From Octopus sinensis (Eukaryota): a stretch of DNA of 64,000 nt. Under the pieces are notes generated by a model. That model saw only the letters and a program-made list of their open reading frames with translations. It did no database searches and was not told where the DNA came from. Positions 61,090-64,000 of this stretch are shown piece by piece (position 1 is the stretch's first letter; every line of letters begins with the position of its first letter). Location: assembly GCF_006345805.1 (NCBI RefSeq), contig NC_042998.1:104780001-104844000 (forward strand), read 5' to 3'. The translations under genes were made by a program, and so were the position numbers.

Positions 61090-62400
61090 TGCAGTGTGCT
61101 TCACACTACACTGGAGCAGTCGTCCGTAACGCTTTCACCTCACCACCAGCAATAGTTCACTTTACTACCTTGACAATGACTAATCTTCTTTTCACCCAAA
61201 GCTTCAAAGAGCAGATGTCTAGTTGACACCTCATATACGCCAAGTAGTCCAGACCTAAGAGACAAGGATACTTCATCTTCACCACGTAGACTGGAAGCAC
61301 CACCTTTTGTCCTGCAACTTCAATCAGGACATCAACCGGTTCTTTCAGTTCAGTACAGTGTCCGATAACAACTGCCGTGGTGACTCTGGTAGGCCTCGAT
61401 GCTATAGCATCTTGGGTCTCACAAAAGTCTGCTCCGAGGCCGAATCAATCACAAGGCGACACTTCTGGCCGTCAATTCTACCATCTACTTGTATGCTGTC
61501 AATTACAGTCCTTTTACATCTTCTCGGGGCTGGGACTTCTTTGGAATATTCGGCTAGCGGTTGCCCCTTAACGCCAACACCTTTTAGTTTTCCAACTCTC
61601 CTTTGTTTTTCGTTACCTTCTTACTATCCTTCTTTCGTATAGGGCAGTCAAAACTGAGATGTTCCTTTTCACCACATGTCCAACACTCTATCGTAAGTGT
61701 GGACTTTTTACTGCCGTCCTCCCTTTGCTCTCCCTTCAAGCTGTAGCAATTTTGCATCATGTGTCCTGGCTTCCTACAGTGCCAACAATGTATTCCAACA
61801 ATCTCTTATTCTTTCTTCTTTTATGTCCGACCTTCTTGCAGCACCAACAACTTTCATTAAATTTTCTTCCTGCTTCACGTACTTCCTTACTTTGAATCCG
61901 GAACTGTAGCCCACCTAGAATCTTCTGGTGCAAATCCTTACATATGACTCAAATTCCAGAGCTCTAGGCAATGCCTGTTTCACTTGAACTTAGAGCTATG
62001 TACCGCCCAAAGTGTGCATAAACTGCTCTTTCAGAAGAAGAGCAAAAAGTTTCTAGGCAAGCTGTTCTAGTGTTTCTCTAGCTCTTACGCAGGTCCGAAA
62101 TCGTTACTGTACACTTAAAAGATATGGCACAAAATGCCATATCTTTTCTTTAGCAATTCAACTAAGGAAGAATAACAGCTTCTGTCCTCCACAGGCAACT
62201 GGCTCATTACCTCTAGTACATCTCCCTTTAGACTAACAGCAAACTGAACTGTTCTTTGCCCATCGTCCCATCCATTCTGGTCAGCCAATAGCTCAAACTG
62301 GACTCAGTATGCCTCCCATGACACACTGCTATCAAATTCTTGTGGCTGCTCCTTAATGAAGACTCCACTGCGGCCTAGAACTTTTTGCACCAATATTTTG
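61090..62400 (-). mobile_element. Ty3/Gypsy gag-protease remnant
   Basis: Zinc knuckle ECWTCGEKEHLSFDCP (about 61642-61689); protease IQVDGRIDGQKCRLVIDSASEQTF...CLLGLDYL. Confidence 0.75.
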
Positions 62401-62849
62401 TCTACTTAAAGCTACTTAACTTTCTTTCCAATATTTTTTAACGAGATCTGTACCAAAAGATTCTGTTCATCGAGTTCATTTAAATAGTTATAATTAAAGT
62501 ATAGTTTTTTTTCAATAACTCGGAAATTTCGAGTCAAAGTAAATATTAGGCATTACTCTCCCATTTTTGACCCTACATTTTTTATAACTTTTTTCTATAG
62601 AACCAAATTTCGATTATTTTGTGCCAAACTGTTGCTTACTATTGGTCCATCATAGTGCAAAAATCCGAATTAATGTTGAGATAAAACTGAATTAGTGATA
62701 AAGTGTTGAATTGGCCGCGAGTGAGTAAAAGTTGGAAACAACATATCACTTCTTTCATCACTTAAAGCTGCATAACTTTTTTATATCTAATATCTTTTAT
62801 GGGGGTTTTCACAAAAAAGATTCTACTCATCGAGTTCTTTTTAAAACAT

Positions 62850-62880
62850 ACTAGCATTATGACCCGGCGTTGCCGGGTCA
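62850..62880 (+). mobile_element. Helentron/HINE-type 5' end
   Basis: ACTAGCATTAT-GACCCGGC GTT GCCGGGTC hairpin, like the start at 54095. Confidence 0.5.
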
Positions 62881-62884
62881 GACT

Positions 62885-63740
62885 GGAATATATAACAGAC
62901 TGGAATTGTTGGCCCGTCTCTTGCAATTTCGATCAATTGTATCTTGTCCTCCCTCTTGTATAGAAGTGTGGCTACAATCCAGCCTACCTCTACTTCTGGG
63001 GGGACATTTTAAATTTTTATCCGGGACATCCTACGTCCCAAATATAAAAGTAAAAATAAAATATTTCCACTTTGCAAAGTTCGAGTCGAGTACTCCCTTG
63101 CATGCTCCGTTGACTCGAACCTTGCTTCTATTGTGGCGAATTTACCGCCTCTGGATAGATACTTGATATCTTTCATAGTCGCACCAAGACACTTTTCAAT
63201 GGTGCTTTCCTCCAGGTGTTCAAATCTTTTTTTCTCTACATTGTATACTTTATAGACAATAGTTTTTTCTTTAATTTAATTTTTTATTTTGTTTGATGGT
63301 GTTATCCTAGATTCATCGTCTTTGTTGGTGATCAATCCGAAAAAGGTTTGTATTTCTTCCATTTTAATTTTAATGAGTTCGCGCCCGCTGACGGCTGCAG
63401 CGAAATTCATTTTTGGACTTTCTTCTATCGAAGACATTTTAACAAAAATGCTTCCGTATAAACGGTGAAAATATTGTCAATTTCCCCAAACAGGGACACA
63501 ATTCAATTTTTAAACAATAACCAAAGGTTTTCTCCAAAAGGGGGAGGGTTACGGCTTACAATTATTTAACAAATGCAACACAACAATGCTTTCCTTACGA
63601 GGAACCAACAAACGTGATAACAATAGTTAAACAGTAATGATAATTACAACAAACCTTACGGTGAATCAAAAAGCAGTACTCAGTTGAAGCTATAGTCCTT
63701 TATGGATCAGAAATAAACCAAGCAGTACTCAGTAGAAGCG
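62885..63740 (-). mobile_element. Possible LINE 5' UTR plus ORF1 (gag-like) remnant
   Basis: ATG near 63437; EKTIVYKVYNVEKKRFEHLE...YLSRGGKFATIEARF..CPPEVEVGWIVATLL; family not established. Confidence 0.35.
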
Positions 63741-64000
63741 TCTGTTCGAGAAAACAGACATTATATACAGCCAAACTTCATATAGATACTTAATGCTAGC
63801 TAATTGACAGATAATCTAATGTAAAAGCCGTGGTAAATGGTATGTGCACAGTTCCATCTGGACTATTCCATTTCTGCACTTAAATTTTATTTTCTATTTA
63901 TTCCTATTCATATGAAACCACTTATTCAAGTTCAAGTCATTGATGCAATTTTATACCAATTGCTATTTTTACTTTTAATTATTATGTTACGATTTAATTA

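Overview
Eukaryotic, AT-rich, repeat-dominated window, most likely from an octopus genome (inferred from the tRNA-derived SINE families and the dense (TA)n/(TATG)n/(ATT)n/(CA)n microsatellites). There is no intact long ORF; most ORFs in the supplied track are microsatellite artefacts. The window holds decayed retroelements (Penelope-like, R4/Dong-type RLE LINEs, CR1-like, Tx1-like, one Ty3/Gypsy gag-protease), DNA transposons (three mariner relics, Chapaev3-like, Helentron-type) and more than 25 SINE copies. Two things stand out. (1) Long palindromic insertions next to (TA)n, derived from Penelope-like pseudo-LTRs. Two of them carry mirror-image, core-intact type I hammerhead ribozymes (7119-7171/7234-7286 and 40479-40567/40745-40833), and four more near-intact or decayed hammerheads lie elsewhere. 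(2) A minus-strand host gene absent from the ORF track: a signal-peptide exon (16806-16876) and two 120-nt phase 1-1 exons (10344-10463, 5936-6055) encoding a repeated four-cysteine module, i.e. a small secreted Cys-rich protein. Several local templated duplications and chimeric elements are also visible. All family assignments come from motif recognition by eye; no database searches were run.
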